Of a stretch of DNA of 64,000 nt, positions 28,351 to 36,560 are shown piece after piece; position 1 is the first letter of the stretch, and each line of letters opens with the position of its first letter. Location: positions 4,277 to 68,276 of the IMG/VR virus record IMGVR_UViG_3300032247_000624; one strand, given 5' to 3'. The stretch comes from a virus. Both the position numbers and the translations under genes were made by a program. A model generated the notes under the pieces. The model had not been told where the DNA came from. It made no database searches and worked only from the letters and a program-made list of their open reading frames with translations.

Positions 28351-28773
28351 TTATTTCTTTAAAATGTGTGAGCCATGTACTCGGACCGAGATTTGTCCGT
28401 TATAGTAGTCTGTAGATTCAAGTACTTTGCGGTCGAATTGTTCACGGGCCTCAATGTAACTACATTCTGCTTTACTACAACAGTAGTAAAGTATCTCTCT
28501 CTTGAATTGTTCTTTGCCTAATTTTTCTACGTCTGCTAATAGTTCTTTACTACTGCCAAAATATTCTTGCCAATCACTGTCTATTTTGCTTCTAATCTTC
28601 TTTTTCTTCTTTGTGCCGTTCTTTAACTGTACAGTCTTGTAGGTCGTTTTACTAAATTTTGCTAATTTTTTGCCTATATATTTTCTATCATTGGTCAAAT
28701 TGGTGATGAGATACACAAACCCAACACATTCTTCAGGTAACTCCGCCACTATTTGATCCTGGTATGTCCACAT
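28351..28773 (-). CDS. GIY-YIG family endonuclease (Seg-like catalytic domain, 140 aa)
   Basis: GFVYLITN...KYIGKK, YFGSS, FKREIL, helix-3 Glu (YIEARE) and YYN motif. Confidence 0.85.
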   Translation of the reverse strand: MWTYQDQIVAELPEECVGFVYLITNLTNDRKYIGKKLAKFSKTTYKTVQLKNGTKKKKKIRSKIDSDWQEYFGSSKELLADVEKLGKEQFKREILYYCCSKAECSYIEAREQFDRKVLESTDYYNGQISVRVHGSHILKK

Positions 28774-29062
28774 TGTTTGTTTTTATTTTTTTAGGTCTTC
28801 CAGGTCCAGCTTTGACCTTTTTGGTAAACCCTTTTTTATTGGCTCTACGAATTTCTTTTAAGTTTTGATTATTCATCCTATATATGTGCAGAGATAACTG
28901 TATAAGTCGCCGCTCATAATTCATCATTTTTTGTAGACTGACACGAACTTGCCGCCCAGTATCCAAAGTATAATTCTTTTCTAGGAAATCATAATGGTAG
29001 TTATGCACATTGGCCAAATGCGATACATATTCTGAGTACAGGGCCTTATATTCGGCCACCAT
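28733..29062 (-). CDS. Small basic protein with AT-hook-like motif (about 109 aa)
   Basis: ATG at 29062 abuts the gp46 stop. Helical N-half and C-terminal KKVKAGPGRPKKIK. The 3' end overlaps the GIY-YIG start. Confidence 0.6.
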   Translation of the reverse strand: MVAEYKALYSEYVSHLANVHNYHYDFLEKNYTLDTGRQVRVSLQKMMNYERRLIQLSLHIYRMNNQNLKEIRRANKKGFTKKVKAGPGRPKKIKTNNVDIPGSNSGGVT

Positions 29063-29063
29063 A

Positions 29064-30848
29064 TTATCCAACGATGTCTGCGCTGTTTGAGTAACTTGTG
29101 AATCCATTTTCCTTAACCACCCTAAGCACGTTATTTACACGACCCATTAATTCATCCTTGTGAGATATGAGATAAATGTTTTTGTTTCTTTCTCGAGCCA
29201 TTTTCTTCAATACAGCTAGGGCACTTTCAACTCCAGCACTATCCATGCCAGCATCAATTAGCTCGTCAATGAACAGCAAGTTGACACTTTGATACAGACC
29301 TTCCCATACATCACGGAAGGCAAAACTCATTGATAAAATAAGTCTATTGCGTTCTCCTCGACTCAAATTATCAAAGTCTAAATCTTGGCCCAGCTGTGTG
29401 ATCTCAACATTCAAATCATTTAGGAATATCACCTGATGCGGCAAGCCCAGTTTGTCAATATAATAGCCCAGTCGCTTGTTTAGATAACTGAGATTTTGAT
29501 CAATGATCTTTTTGCGTATAAAACTGTCTTTGCTGGTCAACAACTTCAACAGAAATTCTTGATGTTCTTTATGCTTGTTGAGATCATTAACCGTATCCCA
29601 AGTGATTTCCTGTAGAGCACTTTTCTTTAACTCGTCGACTTGTTCAGCATATGGATTGATTTCATCTGCTCTTTCAGTTAGTCGGCGTTCTAAACTGTCT
29701 AAATTGTTTTTATGCCCCAGCGCCTCTGCTTCTGTGTCATAGAATGTGTTTGGTCGCTTGGGTTGATCACCAATAGCAGTGATCTCTGATACAATTTTTT
29801 CATAGTCAGCTGACACTTTTTCCAAGTAGGTATAAGCATCTTCAATGTTTTTGTTCACGGTGGCAGTCATTTCTTCATGTTTATGATCATGAAGATCCTG
29901 CTCGCAAGCTGGACACTGTTTACTGTCTAATTTTTGTAATTCTTTATTGTATTTGGTCAGTGTTTTATCAGCCTGGGTAACTGCATTTTCCAAAGTTGCC
30001 TTTTGTTTTTGTAAACTGGCAATTTTGTTATTGTTATCTTCCCATACTTTTAACTGAACATGTAGTTCCAGCTCTTCATCAATATTGACTTCAGTCAAGT
30101 CATGTATGTTCTTGATCAAGGCTGTGAGGTCTTGTTCTTTTTTATTTTCCCACGCTTGACTTTTTAACTCCAATGAACTGATACTCTTTTGCACATTTTC
30201 ATTAGCAATCTTAATTGCTTCAATTCTAGCAGTTTCTTCTAGGACAGCATCTTTAGTATCCTTGATAGCGGCTTTGAGTAGCTCTGCTTTTTCACTTAAT
30301 AAGGTAATGCCCAACAACTGTTCAATAACTTCACGCTGATCCGCCGCCCTCATGCTCAAGAACGGTTCAGTATATGTGTTCAACGCTAATAGATGTTTGA
30401 ACATGGTATGGCTCATTTCCAACATCTGTTCAATGGATCGCTGTGTGTCCCTGCTATCACCTTGGGCATCGTCATCAACATCTTCTGTTTTTATTTGATC
30501 TTCGTTGACATACAGCCTAAGCACATTGGGCTTGCGGCCTCTTTCAATGCGATATGTATTACCAGACTTTTCAAACTCCACAGTGACCAACATGTTTTTG
30601 CCGTTGATCTTGTTAATTAAATTTTCTTTCTTAATATTTGTAAGGGCTTGCCCATACAGAGCATAGCTCAATGCGTTGATAATAGTGGTTTTACCAGTAC
30701 CGTTGCGTGAACCTGTATCATCACCGCCAAGGTCTAGGTTAGAGCCCAACACCAATGTTAAACTTTGATCAGTAAAATCCACTGCTTGGGTTTGACTGCC
30801 CACGCTCATAAAGTTTTTTACAGTTAGGCTATTAATTTTAAAGGTCAT
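29064..30848 (-). CDS. gp46: Recombination endonuclease ATPase subunit (gp46/Rad50/SbcC)
   Basis: Walker A NGTGKTT, CPAC zinc hook, LSRGE signature, LLFIDE Walker B, ISH. Confidence 0.97.
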   Translation of the reverse strand: MTFKINSLTVKNFMSVGSQTQAVDFTDQSLTLVLGSNLDLGGDDTGSRNGTGKTTIINALSYALYGQALTNIKKENLINKINGKNMLVTVEFEKSGNTYRIERGRKPNVLRLYVNEDQIKTEDVDDDAQGDSRDTQRSIEQMLEMSHTMFKHLLALNTYTEPFLSMRAADQREVIEQLLGITLLSEKAELLKAAIKDTKDAVLEETARIEAIKIANENVQKSISSLELKSQAWENKKEQDLTALIKNIHDLTEVNIDEELELHVQLKVWEDNNNKIASLQKQKATLENAVTQADKTLTKYNKELQKLDSKQCPACEQDLHDHKHEEMTATVNKNIEDAYTYLEKVSADYEKIVSEITAIGDQPKRPNTFYDTEAEALGHKNNLDSLERRLTERADEINPYAEQVDELKKSALQEITWDTVNDLNKHKEHQEFLLKLLTSKDSFIRKKIIDQNLSYLNKRLGYYIDKLGLPHQVIFLNDLNVEITQLGQDLDFDNLSRGERNRLILSMSFAFRDVWEGLYQSVNLLFIDELIDAGMDSAGVESALAVLKKMARERNKNIYLISHKDELMGRVNNVLRVVKENGFTSYSNSADIVG

Positions 30849-31858
30849 AGATCGTTATAAATTTCTAGTAATGTGTTCTTGTCAAACTGTTCGCTTTCAA
30901 TATTGATTAAGCCATCCGTGACAATTTGGTCAACACTTTCAAACTTTCCTTCAGGATTGTCATCAACTACACCTTCCAAGTTGGTTTTATCTTGGACCAG
31001 TCCAATTTCCCTAATATCATATGTATTTGAAAACTCTTCTTTCAAGAAATTAGCTTCCTCAAAGCTGATATTGATGTCTAAATTAACCTTCAAGTGCATC
31101 TTGGACTTCATTATACTTTCTGTATCGTTCAAAAGAGTACTAAGATTCAATGCCCTGTATTTGGGGCAGTTGGGCCAATTGATATATTGCGGTTCACCAT
31201 CCCATTCTAAGATCATCATGCCACGGTCATCGTCCCATGAGTCAGCAAAGTTGTGTGGAAATGCGTTGCCAATGTAATGAATTTTGTCTCTTGCCTGCCG
31301 CTTATGAAAGTGCCCACTAAACACATACTCCTGATGTACAAAGTGATCGGCCTGTAACTCTCCATGATCGGGCATCTGTACCATAGCGTTCATGTAGAAC
31401 AAAGGTAATTCAAAATGTCCAAACATGTAACGGCTTTTGACCTGACTAATAGTCTTCCATTCTTCCCCAACAAGCCACGGGACTAGGGTGACACCATCAA
31501 GTGTTGTAACACTGTCTACGACAGTGACACCTGGAATGTGGCGACCAAACGCCGAGGAATGTATGTCTCGCTTGTCCTTGTAAAACAAATCGTGGTTGCC
31601 GGGAAACCAGTAAAACTTTTCAAATGCCCCACCTAGTTTTTCTAGGCACCGTAAGCTAGAATTCAATGTGTATAAATTTAGGCTGTTGCGGTTATGACTC
31701 CAATCGCCAAGGAAAATACAAGTTTCACACCCTTGCTCCTTAGCGGTTGAAATAAACCAGTCTACGAATTCTTCACAATCATTTAAATGAGTGGTACTGT
31801 TGGATTTTAGACCAAAATGTATATCAGTAAAACACGCAACCTTTTTAAATAGGTTCAT
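30845..31858 (-). CDS. gp47: Recombination endonuclease nuclease subunit (gp47/Mre11/SbcD)
   Basis: FTDIHFG, FLGD, GNHD and SGHFH motifs. ATGA overlap with gp46. Confidence 0.97.
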   Translation of the reverse strand: MNLFKKVACFTDIHFGLKSNSTTHLNDCEEFVDWFISTAKEQGCETCIFLGDWSHNRNSLNLYTLNSSLRCLEKLGGAFEKFYWFPGNHDLFYKDKRDIHSSAFGRHIPGVTVVDSVTTLDGVTLVPWLVGEEWKTISQVKSRYMFGHFELPLFYMNAMVQMPDHGELQADHFVHQEYVFSGHFHKRQARDKIHYIGNAFPHNFADSWDDDRGMMILEWDGEPQYINWPNCPKYRALNLSTLLNDTESIMKSKMHLKVNLDINISFEEANFLKEEFSNTYDIREIGLVQDKTNLEGVVDDNPEGKFESVDQIVTDGLINIESEQFDKNTLLEIYNDL

Positions 31859-31880
31859 AAAGTATAGTTCTCCTCAATAA

Positions 31881-31909
31881 AGTATAGCAGTTATACCACA
31901 CAAGATCAA
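31881..31909 (-). promoter_or_regulatory. Sigma70-type early/middle promoter for gp47-gp46
   Basis: TTGATC-17 bp-TATACT with an extended -10 TG, then GAGGAG. Confidence 0.7.
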
Positions 31910-32820
31910 GGAGTAATATCTTCGTTTTCTATTTCTTCTTCTGGAGTATCTTCTTCACTCTTAGGCATACGCATATTCTTATACAATTCTGCCTGTCGAG
32001 CTATCTCGCTTGCGTACTCTTGACTGTTTTGTCTAGTCATACTAGGAGTTAATCCTGCTTCTTCCAATAGGTCATCTCGAATGTTTTGGCTCTTCTTCTC
32101 AATGTTTAGAATACGAGTAAATGAGTTGGTAACTGCCGCAGTATAATAAGCAAATGGATTTTCTGACTTTGATTCATCAAACTGTAGGCCAATATGGCTT
32201 AGTTGTAGGATAGCCTGTCCTTTCATTTCATCAACATAAGTGTAGCCGCGCCAGTTACTGCGTTGAGCATAACGTTCACTTAATTTGATAAACATCTTGC
32301 CTAGATTCTCTGTGATTCGTCCGTGATCTTTACTGAAGTGTCCAGTATCAACAGGTCCTTTCCAATGACTTTTCCCCACACATACTAATTCGTCTTGATC
32401 ATTGAACTTCCAATGTTGGAATGGTGGGAAATTTACTTTATCATGTCCATCTGACGTATTTTTAACAGTCTTTTTACGTCCAGGAGCTAGGGGTATATGA
32501 TCAAAAGTCATGATTCTAATGATCACGTCTGTTTTTGCGATAGTGGTATAGTCTGGAGTACAGTCTGCTAGTTTGACTTTCTTATCACCCGACGCTCTGG
32601 CCGCGGCAAATGCTGCAATACCAATTCTTTTGGCCTGTGCTCTTTTTGCGTCTGCTACGGTGCGTATGTTTACTTTACTGATACTTGGCAGAATAATATC
32701 ATACTGTTGATATTCTGGCTGAGTAAAACTTGAAAATGAACATTTGCTACGGTGAATTTCTGCTAATAAATCTTTGTTGTTAAGGTATTTTACTTTTCTT
32801 GGAGAAAATGTTGTGGTCAT
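31906..32820 (-). CDS. gp55: Late-transcription sigma factor (gp55-like, 304 aa)
   Basis: YLNNKDLL, NWRGYTYVDEM and FDESKSENPFAYYT...SFTRILNIEKK. Adjacent to gp47 as in T4. Confidence 0.92.
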   Translation of the reverse strand: MTTTFSPRKVKYLNNKDLLAEIHRSKCSFSSFTQPEYQQYDIILPSISKVNIRTVADAKRAQAKRIGIAAFAAARASGDKKVKLADCTPDYTTIAKTDVIIRIMTFDHIPLAPGRKKTVKNTSDGHDKVNFPPFQHWKFNDQDELVCVGKSHWKGPVDTGHFSKDHGRITENLGKMFIKLSERYAQRSNWRGYTYVDEMKGQAILQLSHIGLQFDESKSENPFAYYTAAVTNSFTRILNIEKKSQNIRDDLLEEAGLTPSMTRQNSQEYASEIARQAELYKNMRMPKSEEDTPEEEIENEDITP

Positions 32821-32850
32821 ATTATTGTTATTATCCTTTATTTATCACAA

Positions 32851-32878
32851 AGTATAGCACAGATTTTTTGGTTGTCAA
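32851..32878 (-). promoter_or_regulatory. Sigma70-type promoter for gp55
   Basis: TTGACA-16 bp-TATACT with an extended -10 TG. Extra TAAATA sites (-) at 32839-32844 and 32902-32907. Confidence 0.75.
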
Positions 32879-32911
32879 CCAAACTAATTATCTTAGCATA
32901 TTATTTATGGT

Positions 32912-32917
32912 TAAATA
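32912..32917 (+). promoter_or_regulatory. Late promoter for the baseplate operon
   Basis: TAAATA about 20 nt upstream of ATG 32937, followed by AGGA SD. Confidence 0.6.
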
Positions 32918-32936
32918 GTATAAACAGGAAACGAAC

Positions 32937-33719
32937 ATGAGTTTATTCGGAGACATCGTTGGCGGGATAGCCGCTACATCAGTATTAACCAAGATATTGA
33001 AGAAAGGTGGTGGGGCACAACCTCCGGCAAAACCTGGCACGGAGATCAATTTTTACAATGGTCAAGGCAATACCACAGCAAAGGATACTAGAGTTCGCAT
33101 TGCTGTTCCTTCAAACTATCTTAGGAATTACACAACGGGCCCAACCCCAAATGTTGCGTTGTTAAGCAATGGCGGAATAGTATTTCCCTATACCCCACAA
33201 ATCACTACAGAGCATAAAGCGGATTTTGAATCAGTTCATCCCATACACAGCAATTACACTCAATATTTTTACAAGTACAGCTCAGTTGGTCCTATCAGCA
33301 TTCAAGGTAAATTCTCAGTTCAAAACGAAGAAGACGCAGGGGTTTATATCTCCACAGTGCATTTATTAAGAGCACTGACAAAAATGCGTTCTGGTGACGA
33401 CACTGATGCTGGGTCACCACCGCCAGTTTGTAGACTGTATGCGTATGGAACATTTATGCTAGATTATGTGCCTGTGGCTATTACTAGTTTTAGATTAGAA
33501 TTGCCTGATAGTGTTGATTATTTTACAACAGGCAGTAACCCTCAGGGGGAATTTGCTTTAGATTCTAGATACACCAGCCAATCAAAAACTGCTGTGCCAG
33601 TAGTATCAACAATCGCAATAACTTGTATACCTGTATATAGCAGACAGGAACAGTTGACATTTGGTGTACAACCGTGGTTAGAGAGTGACTCGCTGAGAAA
33701 AACTAGTGGATTCTTATAA
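32937..33719 (+). CDS. Baseplate/tail-tube initiator-like protein (260 aa)
   Basis: IVFPYTPQI...HSNY and GSPPPVCRLYAYG...VPVAITSF, a tube-initiator-like pattern. Precedes the gp53-like gene. Confidence 0.65.
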   Translation: MSLFGDIVGGIAATSVLTKILKKGGGAQPPAKPGTEINFYNGQGNTTAKDTRVRIAVPSNYLRNYTTGPTPNVALLSNGGIVFPYTPQITTEHKADFESVHPIHSNYTQYFYKYSSVGPISIQGKFSVQNEEDAGVYISTVHLLRALTKMRSGDDTDAGSPPPVCRLYAYGTFMLDYVPVAITSFRLELPDSVDYFTTGSNPQGEFALDSRYTSQSKTAVPVVSTIAITCIPVYSRQEQLTFGVQPWLESDSLRKTSGFL

Positions 33720-34021
33720 TGTCTGTAACATATTCTAAAACAAGTCCGTATTTTAATACAGCCAAAGACAAGGGATATCTTGATGTTTGGGTCAGTAGAT
33801 CATTTCCTTCTCAAACTGATGATATTTTGTATGAGGTAGATGCCAAATATCAAAATAGACCTGATCTTTTGTCCTTTGATTTGTATAACACTGTTGATTT
33901 ATGGTGGGTATTTGCAGTACGTAATCCATCTATTATAGAAGATCCAGTGTTTGACATGGTGGCAGGGATAAGAATTTATCTACCAAAGTTAACAACTCTT
34001 AAACAATCGTTAGGAATATAA
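33719..34021 (+). CDS. gp53: Baseplate wedge protein, gp53/LysM-like (100 aa)
   Basis: RPDLLSFDLY...LWWVFAVRN...GIRIYLP motif. Confidence 0.85.
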   Translation: MSVTYSKTSPYFNTAKDKGYLDVWVSRSFPSQTDDILYEVDAKYQNRPDLLSFDLYNTVDLWWVFAVRNPSIIEDPVFDMVAGIRIYLPKLTTLKQSLGI

Positions 34022-34022
34022 T

Positions 34023-36551
34023 ATGCCAGGAGCAAATCCAAATTTAGGAATGGTTCCTGGTAGAATTTCCAATGTTCAACAGGCGGCGTATGATAAGGCA
34101 GCAGAACAACGTACTCGAGAATTAAAAAATCCCCCTAAACCTACCGAAGCCCCTAAACCTGCCGAAGCTACTAGAAAAACAGGCCCCAACACATCTTCTG
34201 AAATTGTGGATAAAACTCCCATTCAGTTGCCAGAGGTGGTTATCACAGCCAAGAGAGAATCCAGCTCAATCAGTGGCTTGCCAGTGCCCAATACACAATT
34301 CAATGTATTAAATTCCTATAGATCTTATTCATATAAATTTACATTTGCTGGATTGGATTCCAAAGCATTGGAAACGCCAACGCTTGATGTGTTCCGTCAA
34401 TCTTCAGAAAAATTGATAATATTAAAATCTAGTGGTAAAGGCAGTACTGTGATGTCTGCTACAGAATCTTCAGATGATATAGCTCAGGGCATGATTAAAG
34501 ATTTTAACAGTAATAGTCCTGGTAGGTTTGATTTGTATATAGAAAATGTTCAAGTTGACACTACCATGGCATTTGAAGAACAAACCAACCTAACTCTGCC
34601 TACTAAAATTTCTTTTGAAGTCTATGAACCCTATAGTATCAATGGGTTTATTGAAGCTCTACAGGTGGCGGCTGTGGGTGCTGGCTATCCGTCTTATACT
34701 GTGGCCAGTTTTATTTTAAAAATGGAGTTTGTGGGATATCCAGACACCGGATCAAACAACGGATTACCTCCACCAGTTGTTGAAATTCCAGGAACAGTGA
34801 GATATTTTGTCATACAGTTAACAGGTATGGAAATAGAACTTACAGAACGCGGAACTCGTTATAGATGCGGAGCGATCCCAATTAATGAAATTGGTTTTGC
34901 CAATTTGGACAATAAATTAGCACAATCAATACAGGTTCAAGGCAGCACTGTTGGATCTATATTAAACAATTTTATGAAAGAACTACAGGATCAACGTGCC
35001 CAATCTGCAGCTGAATCAAAACAGTCTGTTACGGGGTTTGATACTTATTCTATTGTGTTTCCATCTTGGGTTGAGGGCAAGGGGTTTGATGAAGCGGTGC
35101 CCAATAGAACTCTCGTGGATTCTGAATTTGCTGTTAATTTAAAGGATAACAAAACATTTGCTTTTGGTGACTTGACAGATACCACTAAGTCCAATGCTTA
35201 CAGGATTGATAAAAATATCGCCAATGCAGCGGAATCGTCATCAGAGAGTGCGTATTTTGCCAGATTGTCACCTGATGGTAATTCGGTAGTCAGTTTTTCA
35301 ACACAGGTCAACATTGATGATTGTATAACAGCAGTTATATCTGACAGTAACTACACAAGAAATCTATTAAAAACAGTCAAAGAAAAAGTTGATGCTTACG
35401 GCATGGTGGATTATTTTCTAATAAAATTGGAAATTACTAACCAAAATAAGAAGAATGATCAAACAAAAATGCCGTATAGGAATTTTAAATATGTGGTAAC
35501 ACCGTATAAAATACATTATACGACACTGCCCATGTATTCAGATCACAGCTTTGATCCAGCAATATATTCCAAACGTGCTGTTCGTGAATACAATTATTAC
35601 TATACTGGCAAGAATGTTGATGTTCTATCTTTTAAATTGAATTTTAATACGTTGTACTTTGAAGCAATTGGTAATGCTCTAGGCAATAACGACAAACCAC
35701 CGGATCAAACAGCCGGCTCAAATGATAATGCTGTTCAACCAGCTACTGCTACAAAAGATATTGACGCATTTAAAAAAAGTTCTATTCCCAGTGCTGGGCA
35801 AAGAGTGTTGCAACAGTTGACCGAAGATAGTTCTCGAGGAAAAGCTGTGGCAGGTCCACAGCAAGATGATCCGTATTGGCTTATGTCACGTGCCATGCAC
35901 AATGCCGTCATCAATTCAAAGACCAGTATGTTGACTGGAGAATTGGAAATTATTGGTGATCCGTTTTATCTAGCAACAGGAGGAATAGGCAATTACAAAC
36001 CTCAATCATCTGGGGTAAGCACCAATCAGGACGGTACAGTAGATAAAGATTACGGTCAAGTGCTCATATTGATTAATTTTAAAAATCCTGCTGATGTTAG
36101 ACCATTAAATGCCAGTGGTGAAGGTGGCATGCTGGTGTATGTGCCTCATCAAGCGGCGTTTAGTGGAATATATAAAGTACTAACAGTGACCAGTACATTT
36201 AGCAACGGCGTTTTTAAACAACGTCTGTCAGTGATGCGTATGCCACAATCTGATGATACTGGAACCGAACCAACGCCAAAACAAACAATAAGTTCTGCTC
36301 CTGGTGTTGTGACAACACCTGACCCAACTGCTCAAATTGCCGAAGATGCCAATAAAGATGCCACTCAGGCACCAGTTTTGACTCCGACTAGTTATACCAC
36401 CACTATTCAAAATCTCGCCAGCGCACTGAACCAAGCAACACCAGGTTCTGCGGCATATCAATCAATTCAAGGGCAAATACAAACTGTGGCAACTCAATAT
36501 GCCAACGCACAATCTGCGTCCCCGTTAACTAAACTTGTAAACAAGCCGTAA
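34023..36551 (+). CDS. Baseplate hub protein (gp27/VgrG-N-like, 842 aa)
   Basis: Lies between gp53 and gp5. ELEIIGDP and FSGIYKVLTVTSTFSNGVFKQRL are hub-type motifs. Confidence 0.7.
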   Translation: MPGANPNLGMVPGRISNVQQAAYDKAAEQRTRELKNPPKPTEAPKPAEATRKTGPNTSSEIVDKTPIQLPEVVITAKRESSSISGLPVPNTQFNVLNSYRSYSYKFTFAGLDSKALETPTLDVFRQSSEKLIILKSSGKGSTVMSATESSDDIAQGMIKDFNSNSPGRFDLYIENVQVDTTMAFEEQTNLTLPTKISFEVYEPYSINGFIEALQVAAVGAGYPSYTVASFILKMEFVGYPDTGSNNGLPPPVVEIPGTVRYFVIQLTGMEIELTERGTRYRCGAIPINEIGFANLDNKLAQSIQVQGSTVGSILNNFMKELQDQRAQSAAESKQSVTGFDTYSIVFPSWVEGKGFDEAVPNRTLVDSEFAVNLKDNKTFAFGDLTDTTKSNAYRIDKNIANAAESSSESAYFARLSPDGNSVVSFSTQVNIDDCITAVISDSNYTRNLLKTVKEKVDAYGMVDYFLIKLEITNQNKKNDQTKMPYRNFKYVVTPYKIHYTTLPMYSDHSFDPAIYSKRAVREYNYYYTGKNVDVLSFKLNFNTLYFEAIGNALGNNDKPPDQTAGSNDNAVQPATATKDIDAFKKSSIPSAGQRVLQQLTEDSSRGKAVAGPQQDDPYWLMSRAMHNAVINSKTSMLTGELEIIGDPFYLATGGIGNYKPQSSGVSTNQDGTVDKDYGQVLILINFKNPADVRPLNASGEGGMLVYVPHQAAFSGIYKVLTVTSTFSNGVFKQRLSVMRMPQSDDTGTEPTPKQTISSAPGVVTTPDPTAQIAEDANKDATQAPVLTPTSYTTTIQNLASALNQATPGSAAYQSIQGQIQTVATQYANAQSASPLTKLVNKP

Positions 36552-36560
36552 GGAATATCC

